Of a stretch of 23,039 nt of DNA, positions 1 through 7,971 are shown one piece after another (the first letter of the stretch is position 1; each line of letters starts with the position of its first letter). The notes under the pieces are model-generated. The model saw only the letters and a program-made list of their open reading frames with translations, searched no databases and had not been told where the DNA came from. The position numbers and the translations under genes were made by a program. Location: the NCBI GenBank assembly GCA_038153405.1, contig JAYOYH010000011.1, positions 1-23,039 of the forward strand, written 5' to 3'. The stretch comes from Gemmatimonadota bacterium. GTDB lineage: Bacteria; Latescibacterota; UBA2968; UBA8231.

Positions 1-11
1 AAAGGCGTCGT

Positions 12-89
12 CGGGGTGTGGCGCAGTCCGGCTAGCGCACCTGCTTTGGGAGCAGGGGGTCCTCGGTTCGAATCCGAGCACCCCGACCA
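12..89 (+). tRNA. tRNA-Pro (anticodon TGG)
   Basis: Acceptor stem CGGGGTG(12-18)/CACCCCG(79-85), discriminator A86 and encoded CCA (87-89). Anticodon stem CCTGC/GCAGG with loop TT-TGG-GA (anticodon 47-49). T-arm CTCGG-TTCGAAT-CCGAG. C1:G72 and A73 are typical of bacterial tRNA-Pro. Confidence 0.98.
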
Positions 90-97
90 TACATATC

Positions 98-131
98 AAA
101 GGGTTACGTCGCGATCGACGTAACCCTTTTT
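98..131. terminator. Intrinsic terminator-like hairpin after the tRNA, possibly bidirectional
   Basis: Perfect 14-bp stem AAAGGGTTACGTCG-cgat-CGACGTAACCCTTT running into a T-tract. It lies between the tRNA and a convergent CDS ending at 203. Confidence 0.8.
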
Positions 132-202
132 CGTGAGGTGCCTCCCCAAGTGCCCACACAACAGATATGAATTCGCCTCCATTGTAGCGTTGCCATATGC
201 AA

Positions 203-3172
203 TCACTGGCGAAGAAGCCTTTCGATCGCCTCTCCCTCTTCCGCACCTAGTTGGTCACGCGCCCGCACGGCCATTGCCCGCGCATCGTCTGCTCGTTCTT
301 GATCGCGCAGATACTGCACGTAGATGCGATAGGCCGTCGCATGGTGAGGATTGGCCTGCAGCGCCCGATCGAGGTAGCCAACGCCCTCTGCATTGCCACT
401 CGACAGCGCGATTGCTGCCATATTGGTCAGCGACTCAAAGTCGTCGGGGTTGCGTTCTAGCGCCTGTTCGTAGTGTCCCCACGCTCGGCTGCGCTGTCCC
501 AGTCGAGTTAGCGACCAAGCCAGCATGCGATGGGCGGCAACGTCCCACGGCGTATGGGCTAGAATACCCTCATACAGCGGGACTGCGTCGGCGTAGCGCC
601 GCGCGCGCGCGTGCGCATTGGCCTGAGCAAAGCGCGCCTCGCTTTGTTCACGCGCGCTGTGCAGCGCTAGAGCCTCTTCCCCGCGCGTGCGCAAAGTCTG
701 TCTCAGAACGGCGGACAGCTTGGTGTCCGCCGCCAGCGCCTCCAATACATAGTGACGCTCGGGATAGCGACGTGCGATGCTGCGCGCCGCATGCTCGAGA
801 GCGACTTCTCCCTTCACGTCGGCAAAGAGTCCGTCCAAGATCTGCTTGAATACCGTCTCATCTGCGGGTGCCAGCGGCTCGTTTGTACCCTGGTACATTT
901 CGACCGGAGCGCGATACTCAAGCCATAGGTTGTCGTCCGTATTGCGCGTAGTGGATGAGAAGGGCGCCGACTGCATCGGGAATTGCGCGTAGGCACTGGC
1001 GAAAATATCCATAGGATCGCGCATGTGAATACGGGCCAGCGAGCGGGCGACCGGCTCGACAGCCAACCGGTCTTCCATATCCTTTATCCATCCGCGCAGC
1101 GGGTTATTGGAGGCCAGGCAAATCAGATCCCCATGGATTGAGAACACCGTCACATAGGGGAATACGTCAGTCAACGTATTCAGCATCGCCCGGCGCGTAG
1201 ACGCCGAGATTTCATAGGTCTGAATCCACTGGCAGAACAGCCCCTCGGGCCGCAGGCGCTCCTGCACCGACTGGTAATATTCGGTGGTAAAGAGCGAGCT
1301 AATGCCGGCAATCCACGGATTAGATGGCTGCGATATAATGACATCGTAGACCGCATCGCGGCGGCGCAAAAAGCTGCGTCCGTCTTCCATAAAAACGCGT
1401 ACGCGTTCGTCTTTTAGGACATCGTCGTTAATGGAGTGGAAATAGGGGGAGACATTGAGCACGGCCTGTTCGATTTCCACGACGTCGATCTGCTCGACCG
1501 TCGGGTGCACCGCTACGGCGTGCACGGTGGCACCGCTGCCGTAGCCGATAATGCAGGCCGTGCGCGCCGATGGGTGCATTAATAGCGGCATATGGCCGAC
1601 CAGGTATTGCGTATCCATATCGCCCCCCGTCGAAGCGTCGGTCTTGCCGTTTACTTTGAGCGCGGTCGAATTGGGGGTCCGGAAAATGGTTACCGTCGCG
1701 CTGGTGCCCTCTTCGGCATGTAGGAGTGTCGTTTTCACCTCGGACAATCCAGTGGCCCCTTGAATACCGCGAAAAACACCGCGCTGCAGATAGGTGATAT
1801 CGGTTTCTGGGACAGTCGCAACGCTAAGGGCAAAGAGCGCGACGAGTGCGACGGCATGCCGCCATGGGTTCGACATTGCTCCACTCGGCTGCGACATCAA
1901 TAGGGCAACGGCCGATGCGATGCCCAAGGCGGCACCGGCCACCACCAACTGGGTCGCACCCATCAGCGGCAGTAGGACAAATCCGGCCAGCAGCGAACCT
2001 GCTATGGCGCCGAGCGTATTGACGGCATACATGCCGCCCACGGCCCAGCCCGTCGATCCGGCGGCGCTGCGCCAGCCGGCGATACCCAGCGGCAACGCCG
2101 CGCCCAGCGAACAGGCCGGAACAAACAGCACACAGGCTGTCAGCAGGCCCTGGCAGAGAAAGAGCAGCCACGTTGTATCACCCCCCCATTGCGCCAGCGC
2201 CGCAAATATATCGGGCAGCCGATTAACGGCAAAAAGTCCAGCGACCGAAGAGCAGGCACCCAGCCCCATAGCCGCCGCCACGGCGCGGTGATAGGACGCA
2301 TTGCTAAAGCGCGGCAGAGCAGCCAGTAGCGCTCCTGCGCCAATACCCAGCAGCACCGTCGTAAGAATGATGGTGAAGGCATAGACCGAAGAGCCGACCA
2401 CCGGCACGAGCAGGCGCGTCCAGGCGATCTGGTAGCCGACGCCCAGTGAACCAGCCAATCCAATCGTCCACAGCAGCAGGTGCGGCAGCGGCGCCGCGCG
2501 CTCGGCCCCAACCTCCATCTCTACTGCGGATTGGGTCAACGGTGCTTGCCGGTCGAGGGCGAAGGCCCCAACGGCCACCAGCACACCGGCGCCAGCAGCC
2601 ACCCATAGCGTGTTCACAATGCCCAGCGCGGGCAAGAGAAATAGCCCGGCGGCAAACGTGCCCAATGCGGCGCCGAGCGTATTGATACCGTAGAGCAGGG
2701 CGACGCGCTGGCGAAAAGTGTCCTGCTGTACAAGCGCCGTAATGAGTATGGGCAGGGAAGCGCCCATGAGGAACGTGGGTATGGCCAGCGAGAAAAAGCT
2801 GACGAGAAACTGCAGGACCAAAAACAGCGCAAAATGCCCATCAATCAACCCGTAGAGCGGGTCGAGCACCTGCGACGTGTAACGCAAAAAAGGCGCCGAT
2901 AGCGCGCCAAAAGCGGCAATCCCCAACTCGATTAGGCCGTAGGCCAAGAGCGGACGGCGAAACCGCTCAGCTCGGCGCCCGGCCCATGCACTGCCGCTGC
3001 CCAGCCCGGCCATAAAACTGGCCAACACAGTTGCGATAGACCACGAGGCACTGCCCATATGCAGCGTCAACAGCTTTACCCACGCGACTTCATAAGCGAG
3101 GGAAGTGGCCCCAGAGAGCAGGAATAACAGGCTAGCCAAAACAAAGGTCGACGAGTGTTTCGTATCGTGCAT
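203..3172 (-). CDS. Fused multi-TM membrane domain / spermidine-synthase-like SAM-binding domain / C-terminal TPR protein
   Basis: The N-terminal ~460 aa are hydrophobic with a duplicated repeat (SGATSLAYEVAW..LYGINTLGAALG; AGSLGVGYQIAW..MYAVNTLGAIAG). SpeE-like motifs follow: LKVNGKTDAS, IIGYGSGAT, VEIE, EDGR, YDVIISQPSNPW, LRPEGLFCQW. The C-terminus has TPR-like helices (YEQALERNP, LDRALQANP). The start is uncertain: ATG at 3172 chosen, TTG at 3208 possible. Confidence 0.85.
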   Translation of the reverse strand: MHDTKHSSTFVLASLLFLLSGATSLAYEVAWVKLLTLHMGSASWSIATVLASFMAGLGSGSAWAGRRAERFRRPLLAYGLIELGIAAFGALSAPFLRYTSQVLDPLYGLIDGHFALFLVLQFLVSFFSLAIPTFLMGASLPILITALVQQDTFRQRVALLYGINTLGAALGTFAAGLFLLPALGIVNTLWVAAGAGVLVAVGAFALDRQAPLTQSAVEMEVGAERAAPLPHLLLWTIGLAGSLGVGYQIAWTRLLVPVVGSSVYAFTIILTTVLLGIGAGALLAALPRFSNASYHRAVAAAMGLGACSSVAGLFAVNRLPDIFAALAQWGGDTTWLLFLCQGLLTACVLFVPACSLGAALPLGIAGWRSAAGSTGWAVGGMYAVNTLGAIAGSLLAGFVLLPLMGATQLVVAGAALGIASAVALLMSQPSGAMSNPWRHAVALVALFALSVATVPETDITYLQRGVFRGIQGATGLSEVKTTLLHAEEGTSATVTIFRTPNSTALKVNGKTDASTGGDMDTQYLVGHMPLLMHPSARTACIIGYGSGATVHAVAVHPTVEQIDVVEIEQAVLNVSPYFHSINDDVLKDERVRVFMEDGRSFLRRRDAVYDVIISQPSNPWIAGISSLFTTEYYQSVQERLRPEGLFCQWIQTYEISASTRRAMLNTLTDVFPYVTVFSIHGDLICLASNNPLRGWIKDMEDRLAVEPVARSLARIHMRDPMDIFASAYAQFPMQSAPFSSTTRNTDDNLWLEYRAPVEMYQGTNEPLAPADETVFKQILDGLFADVKGEVALEHAARSIARRYPERHYVLEALAADTKLSAVLRQTLRTRGEEALALHSAREQSEARFAQANAHARARRYADAVPLYEGILAHTPWDVAAHRMLAWSLTRLGQRSRAWGHYEQALERNPDDFESLTNMAAIALSSGNAEGVGYLDRALQANPHHATAYRIYVQYLRDQERADDARAMAVRARDQLGAEEGEAIERLLRQ

Positions 3173-3217
3173 AATGCGCTGTCGCAGAATCTCCTGAATT
3201 TGACTCAAAAAACGAGT

Positions 3218-4558
3218 TTAGGCGGTCAATTTGTCCAGCACATTGCGGGTAATTTGCTCGACCACCGGATCGCCCCCGGCCAGCCCGTGCGACCAGTCGG
3301 TAGTTCCCGCGGTGAATACGGTACCCCCGCGCTGATAGTGCCCCATGACCGCATGGCCGCGGTGCCCCGGCTGCCAGGCATCGTACCACTCGGAGTCATC
3401 CGGGTGCCACTGAGCCAGCGCCGTGCCGAGAATAGTAAAGTTTTCGGGCGTGCCGTCGAGGCCCGTCGGGTGCGGTCGTCCGTCGGCCAGAGTAAACTCG
3501 CAGCCATCGCACTCGTAGCCGACAATTGTGTGCGCACCGCCAAACTCTTCTCCTTCGGCCAGGCCGGTATCAGCAAAAACCCAGTCTTCGGGCCGGTGTA
3601 CCGTGTAGGCCCCGCTGCCGTCCATAATCTGACCATGGCTCAGATGGTAGCCGCCGTGCAGAAAGCCTACGCCCGTGAGCGCGTTCTCCGGCCGCTTGAC
3701 CAAGTGGTGGCTCCACAGCGTCGACAGTAGGCGGTGATCGCCGCGAAAGGCGGGGTCCTGGTTAAAGCGCTGCTTCCAACAGGTCAGCGCCTGACCCTCG
3801 TCTTCGCTGCGCACCTGCCAGCACACGCTATTCCCGCTGAAAAAAGCACAATTGCCCCCCTTGCCGATAAAGGACTCGACGCGGTCGCGCATCGGCGCCG
3901 ACCAGTACTCATCGTGTCCAACGCTGAGCAAGAGTGAGTATTCGTCTAACAGCGCAGCATCGCGTTCGAGATCGAGGTTGCTGCAGTAGTCCAGCGCATA
4001 GCCGCTCGCTTCAGCCCACTGCACGAACTGCACTTCCCAGCGGTGAAACAGCCCGCGGTCCGGCCGTTGAAACGACACGCGATTCCCCTGGACGCCGCCC
4101 CGGCCGTGATAGGCATACAGGCTAAAGCCGCCCCAATTGTTGTAGGCGGCATACGTATTGGTCGACAGCGCAAGGAGCATCTTGGCCCGCCGACCAGACG
4201 GACGCAGTACAAAATAACCCGTCGCACGCGCTGAACGGGTAGAGCGCTGATCAAACAGGCCGCCGCCATCGGCAATTTCCAGAGTAAACTCATAGTATCC
4301 ACTCACCCAGTCTTCCGGTATGGTTAGGCGAAAGGCAGACGGCCAATCGCAGCCGTGCGAGGAGGCCGCGTCCGGCACCGGATAGCGCTGACATGGAATG
4401 TCGTCTACGCAGAGCACTTCCGAGCGCTCTTTGCCAACGCGTTCGCATCGCAGTCGAAAGTGGGGCGATGTAGACGATACGTGCAGCGTTAGCTCTTGGC
4501 CGGGAACATAACTAGTCTGGCCAGCGTATCCTTCAATGTAAAATGCGTCCTGTGTCAC
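3218..4558 (-). CDS. N,N-dimethylformamidase beta-subunit family protein (DUF6605-like)
   Basis: Motifs EGYA..SY.PG, WVSGYY, STNTYAAYNNWGGFSLY, VSFQRP, SVGHDEYWS, FFSGNSVCWQVR, VGYECDG, VFTAGTTDW, ITRNVL. GTG start preceded by AAGGA. Confidence 0.85.
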   Translation of the reverse strand: MTQDAFYIEGYAGQTSYVPGQELTLHVSSTSPHFRLRCERVGKERSEVLCVDDIPCQRYPVPDAASSHGCDWPSAFRLTIPEDWVSGYYEFTLEIADGGGLFDQRSTRSARATGYFVLRPSGRRAKMLLALSTNTYAAYNNWGGFSLYAYHGRGGVQGNRVSFQRPDRGLFHRWEVQFVQWAEASGYALDYCSNLDLERDAALLDEYSLLLSVGHDEYWSAPMRDRVESFIGKGGNCAFFSGNSVCWQVRSEDEGQALTCWKQRFNQDPAFRGDHRLLSTLWSHHLVKRPENALTGVGFLHGGYHLSHGQIMDGSGAYTVHRPEDWVFADTGLAEGEEFGGAHTIVGYECDGCEFTLADGRPHPTGLDGTPENFTILGTALAQWHPDDSEWYDAWQPGHRGHAVMGHYQRGGTVFTAGTTDWSHGLAGGDPVVEQITRNVLDKLTA

Positions 4559-4787
4559 GCGAATTATCCTTGCATGAGGTAAAGTGCATCGGTGTTAGAA
4601 TACGCCGAGTAGTGGGTTTCATCAATTTGCGATGGACCCCGTGCAATAAGGGACGGCGGCTGCCGCAATAAAAGCTAAATAAATACGCAGTTAAATCACA
4701 GTTGGGAATACATTTGATATACCTATTGTCCAACTGGCACAAGCGTTCTGCAGACGCTTCAAACTCCGATGCAAAGGATGTAATCAA

Positions 4788-5783
4788 ATGCGCTATTTTG
4801 CCCGACGGTATATGATGCCCTTAATTGGCATATGCTCTTTCGCACTTGGTGCCCAGGCACAACCCGGTGGACCACGGCCGGGAGGGCCGCCTCCGCCGGG
4901 AGGCGCAGGCGGCCCCATGCTCCGCTACCACGAAGTCGTCCAATCGGACGGAACGGTGCAACTCATCCCAGCGACCGTAGCCCCTATCGAATTGAGCGAA
5001 GCCAACATGCGCATAGAGGGCGACGTGCGCGTTATTGAATCCAATGGTATTCCCGAACACAATACCGGCACCTTCCCCAACGCGGGCAATCCCAACGAGA
5101 TTAGCGCCCAGACCTATCGCTACAGCGTGCCGGCCCAACCGCAGCGCAGCAGTACCTATACCCCGCTCAACGGCCTGTTTGGCGTATGCATCAATGGGGT
5201 GCCGTTAGATCCGGGAGCAGCCGAGTTTTTTCACGGCGATCGCGCTAGCGGCTGGCGCTACGAGGCACTGTCCGGAGCCATTGCACTAGGCCTGGACGAA
5301 AACCACGCGCACGTGCAGCCGACGGGCGCCTATCACTACCACGCCGCACCGACGCTGCTGTTGAGCGAAACCGGCCTCCAATCCGACCAGCACTCGCCGC
5401 TCGTTGGCTGGGCAGCCGACGGATTTCCGATCTACGCGCTGTATGGATGGGATGAGGCAGGCGCCGTGCAGACCATGCGCTCGAGCTATCGCGTCAAATC
5501 GGGCGACCGCCCTGCAGGCGACAGCGAGCCGGGCGGCACCTACGACGGAACATTTGTAAATGATTACGAGTACATAGAAGGCGCGGGCACGCTCGATGCG
5601 TGCAACGGAAATCAGGTCGTTACGCCGGACTTTCCAGAAGGCACGTACGCCTATTTTATAACGGAGGAATGGCCCTTTATTCCGCGCTGCTTTGCCGGCA
5701 CGCCGTCGCCCGATTTCGCGCTTGGAAGGCCAGCGCCTACACTGATATGGCCCGGTAGTTGGGGACGAATCAAGGCGCGATAG
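4788..5783 (+). CDS. Secreted YHYH-domain protein
   Basis: Signal-peptide-like N-terminus (..LIGICSFALGAQA), then a Pro/Gly linker. Family motifs SNGIPEH, FPNAGNPN, GVCINGVP, LDENHAHVQPTGAYHYH, HSPLVGWAADGFPIY, LDACNG, YAYFIT..WPFIPRC. AAGGA upstream of the ATG. Confidence 0.9.
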   Translation: MRYFARRYMMPLIGICSFALGAQAQPGGPRPGGPPPPGGAGGPMLRYHEVVQSDGTVQLIPATVAPIELSEANMRIEGDVRVIESNGIPEHNTGTFPNAGNPNEISAQTYRYSVPAQPQRSSTYTPLNGLFGVCINGVPLDPGAAEFFHGDRASGWRYEALSGAIALGLDENHAHVQPTGAYHYHAAPTLLLSETGLQSDQHSPLVGWAADGFPIYALYGWDEAGAVQTMRSSYRVKSGDRPAGDSEPGGTYDGTFVNDYEYIEGAGTLDACNGNQVVTPDFPEGTYAYFITEEWPFIPRCFAGTPSPDFALGRPAPTLIWPGSWGRIKAR

Positions 5784-5826
5784 CAGCGGATGGACCGGAG
5801 CGCTTGACGGCTGTATGCGTCGTACA

Positions 5827-6282
5827 CTACGGATCCGTGCAGCCACTAAAGTCGAGAATGCGCGCATATTGCGTGGGCGGAACGCCCTGGATGCACTCGA
5901 CGGTGCTGACCATTTTGCGCGTGCCCTCCGGAACGCGGCCGCCGCTGCAGGTCAGCGTCGTCCACTGCGTGTAGCTCATCTGCTGATCGCCGCAGACAAA
6001 TCGACTGGCCGAGTTCTGGCCCGAGCGTCCCGGCCATGAAAAGCACAGCGTATCGCCGTAGTCGACGGGAAAATCAGATGTATTATTGGGATTGCCTGAG
6101 CAGGTGGGCTCGGACCAAAAGCCCACTTTTACAATGCGTCCAGCAGGTTGGTCGGCGTTGGGCGCAGGAATGTCTGTGGAGTTAGTAGAGCCCTTGTCGC
6201 CGCAGGCCACGACGATAAACAGCGCACTGCTCAGAAACGCCGCGACGCGCACTGCTCGGCGCGGCGCGCGCGGTTCAGCCAT
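5827..6282 (-). CDS. Hypothetical Cys-rich putative lipoprotein (151 aa)
   Basis: Basic N-region, hydrophobic stretch and lipobox-like VVAC, followed by a S/T/P linker and six further Cys. The ATG at 6282 overlaps the upstream gene's stop (ATGGCTGA), suggesting translational coupling. Confidence 0.7.
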   Translation of the reverse strand: MAEPRAPRRAVRVAAFLSSALFIVVACGDKGSTNSTDIPAPNADQPAGRIVKVGFWSEPTCSGNPNNTSDFPVDYGDTLCFSWPGRSGQNSASRFVCGDQQMSYTQWTTLTCSGGRVPEGTRKMVSTVECIQGVPPTQYARILDFSGCTDP

Positions 6283-7498
6283 TGCCGTGGCGAATGGCTG
6301 AGGCGGCAAAGCGAATTTGAAAGCGATAGACCATCTTGTGCGAACAGATAATCTCGTGCGTGTCGGGGTTAATCCGCTGCGGCACGTCGACCTTATTTAC
6401 ATCGACCAAGGCCTGATAGCCGCGTTCGGAGAAAATGTCGATTAGCATCGTCAGGGCCAGCGGATCCTCAAAGAGGCTATCTTCCGAATTGATCAGCGTC
6501 ATACCCGTTATCGCATAGCGCAGGACAATCGGCATAAAGCGCTCGTTGATGAGGTCGATAACGCTTTGAAATAGCACCGGATGATCTTCGTTGTATATCT
6601 CGAGGCGCTTGACTAATTCCTGGCGAGCATAGAGGACGATGTAGTCGGCCGTCTCTATGGAGCGAATGCGATCGTAGGTTTCGCCCGACAGTTCAAGCGA
6701 CGATTGGTAGGAAAACTCTTTTTCAATTTCGGCCTGCACTTCTTCCAGCGTCTTGGCCGCATCGATAAAGTGAAAGTGGAATATCTGGCGCAGCGAGCGC
6801 AGCGCATCGTAGGTCGTATCGCGAAAGAGACGGTAGCGATTGCGCGCCAGTTCGGGATCTAAATCGGTAGGGCGGACATCTTCCAGCATGCCAACGCCCA
6901 ATTCCTCGACCTTGCGGTTGTTGATAGCGGCTTTTTCACCCCGTTCGATCTGGCGGCGAATGCTCACTTCCTCGTCGACAAAGAGCAGCACCGTGCGAAA
7001 GAGCGGACGGGGAAATTCGCGACTGGCCGCACGCATTTCCCCGCGCAGCGCAACCATATTGTCGTAAAATAGTTTGAGGCACTCTGTTTGCACCGTCGTG
7101 CGCGGAAAGCCATCGACGATCACGCCGCGCTCGTATTGTGGCTCGAGCAGTTTGCGCAGCAACAGGTCGATCACCTCTTCATCGCCCACCAGATTGCCGG
7201 CGGCCTTGATGCGTTGGGCGCGTGGACTATCGAGCAAGTCGCTGATCACCACGGGGGCCACCGTAATGCCGCGCGCCTCCATAATGAAAGGCGTATTGGT
7301 GCCCTTACCGGCGCCCGGCGCACCGCCAAGCCATATAATTTCACCGGGGAATACCAGATCTTCGCGGCCGATCTCAGCTTCCAAACTCGCCCAAACGCGA
7401 GCAAAGATCAGACTGGCGTCTTTGATCTCTAGGTCTTCTAGCCGCTGGCTATCAGTCTGTTTTTTTTCCGTGCTCAGAACGGGCACTCCTTTTTGCAT
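6275..7498 (-). CDS. Adenylate/nucleoside-monophosphate kinase family protein with N- and C-terminal extensions
   Basis: P-loop WLGGAPGAGKGT, then ISDLL, GNLVGD and IVDGFPRT..Q. At 407 aa it is about twice the length of a canonical Adk. Confidence 0.85.
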   Translation of the reverse strand: MQKGVPVLSTEKKQTDSQRLEDLEIKDASLIFARVWASLEAEIGREDLVFPGEIIWLGGAPGAGKGTNTPFIMEARGITVAPVVISDLLDSPRAQRIKAAGNLVGDEEVIDLLLRKLLEPQYERGVIVDGFPRTTVQTECLKLFYDNMVALRGEMRAASREFPRPLFRTVLLFVDEEVSIRRQIERGEKAAINNRKVEELGVGMLEDVRPTDLDPELARNRYRLFRDTTYDALRSLRQIFHFHFIDAAKTLEEVQAEIEKEFSYQSSLELSGETYDRIRSIETADYIVLYARQELVKRLEIYNEDHPVLFQSVIDLINERFMPIVLRYAITGMTLINSEDSLFEDPLALTMLIDIFSERGYQALVDVNKVDVPQRINPDTHEIICSHKMVYRFQIRFAASAIRHGNG

Positions 7499-7524
7499 TT
7501 TGCCAATTAGCCCAACCGTCTACA

Positions 7525-7553
7525 TAACTAAGCAGGCGTCTAAGCTGTGTCAA
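7525..7553 (-). promoter_or_regulatory. Putative sigma70 promoter for the kinase-lipoprotein pair
   Basis: Minus strand TTGACA-N17-TAGTTA, 26 nt upstream of the ATG at 7498. The -35 is perfect and the -10 imperfect. Confidence 0.55.
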
Positions 7554-7601
7554 TACGCTCCTTTAGCAACGGTTTTGCGGCAGGAGCAGTACCGACTACG
7601 G

Positions 7602-7952
7602 TCAGGCGTCGATATTCTTAAAGGGGTGCTCGATGACGTATTCGGCAACGACCTTGCCACCAATCAGGTGCTCGGTAATAATGCGCTCTAATTTCTCTAC
7701 GGTCATCGAGTGGTACCACACTTCTTCGGGATAGACGACGACCGTCGGCCCAGCCTCACACACGCGCAGGCAGTCGGCTTTGGTGCGGTGAATGCCGTTG
7801 CGCGGATCGCCGTGACCCAGTTCACGCAGGCGCTTTTTCAAATACTCCCAGCATTCGGCACCGAGCGTGCCGCTGTGGCACTTGGGCTTGGTCGGCGTCG
7901 CGCAAATAAAAATGTGGCGTTCTATCGGCGTATGTGAGGTCTTTTCGCTCAT
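7602..7952 (-). CDS. Thioredoxin-like [2Fe-2S] ferredoxin
   Basis: [39 protein letters not shown]. The start was moved to ATG 7952 (MSEKT) to avoid overlap with proA, and GGAG lies upstream. Confidence 0.9.
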   Translation of the reverse strand: MSEKTSHTPIERHIFICATPTKPKCHSGTLGAECWEYLKKRLRELGHGDPRNGIHRTKADCLRVCEAGPTVVVYPEEVWYHSMTVEKLERIITEHLIGGKVVAEYVIEHPFKNIDA

Positions 7953-7971
7953 CGTCTTTTGCTGGCTCCGT

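Noticed and set aside
598..616. (CG)n dinucleotide run
   Set aside because: It lies inside a CDS encoding AHARARR, keeps the frame, and is too short to suggest phase variation.
133..849. 238-aa plus-strand ORF and many other overlapping antisense or alternate-frame ORFs (e.g. 1794-2291, 3155-3730, 5286-5867, 7074-7691, 14361-14930, 20356-21141)
   Set aside because: They overlap well-supported genes, show no recognisable motifs, and have compositions typical of shadow ORFs in GC-rich DNA.
4533..4787. 84-aa minus-strand ORF in the intergenic region
   Set aside because: It has no recognisable motif or clear RBS, occupies an AT-rich divergent promoter region and overlaps the downstream gene's start.
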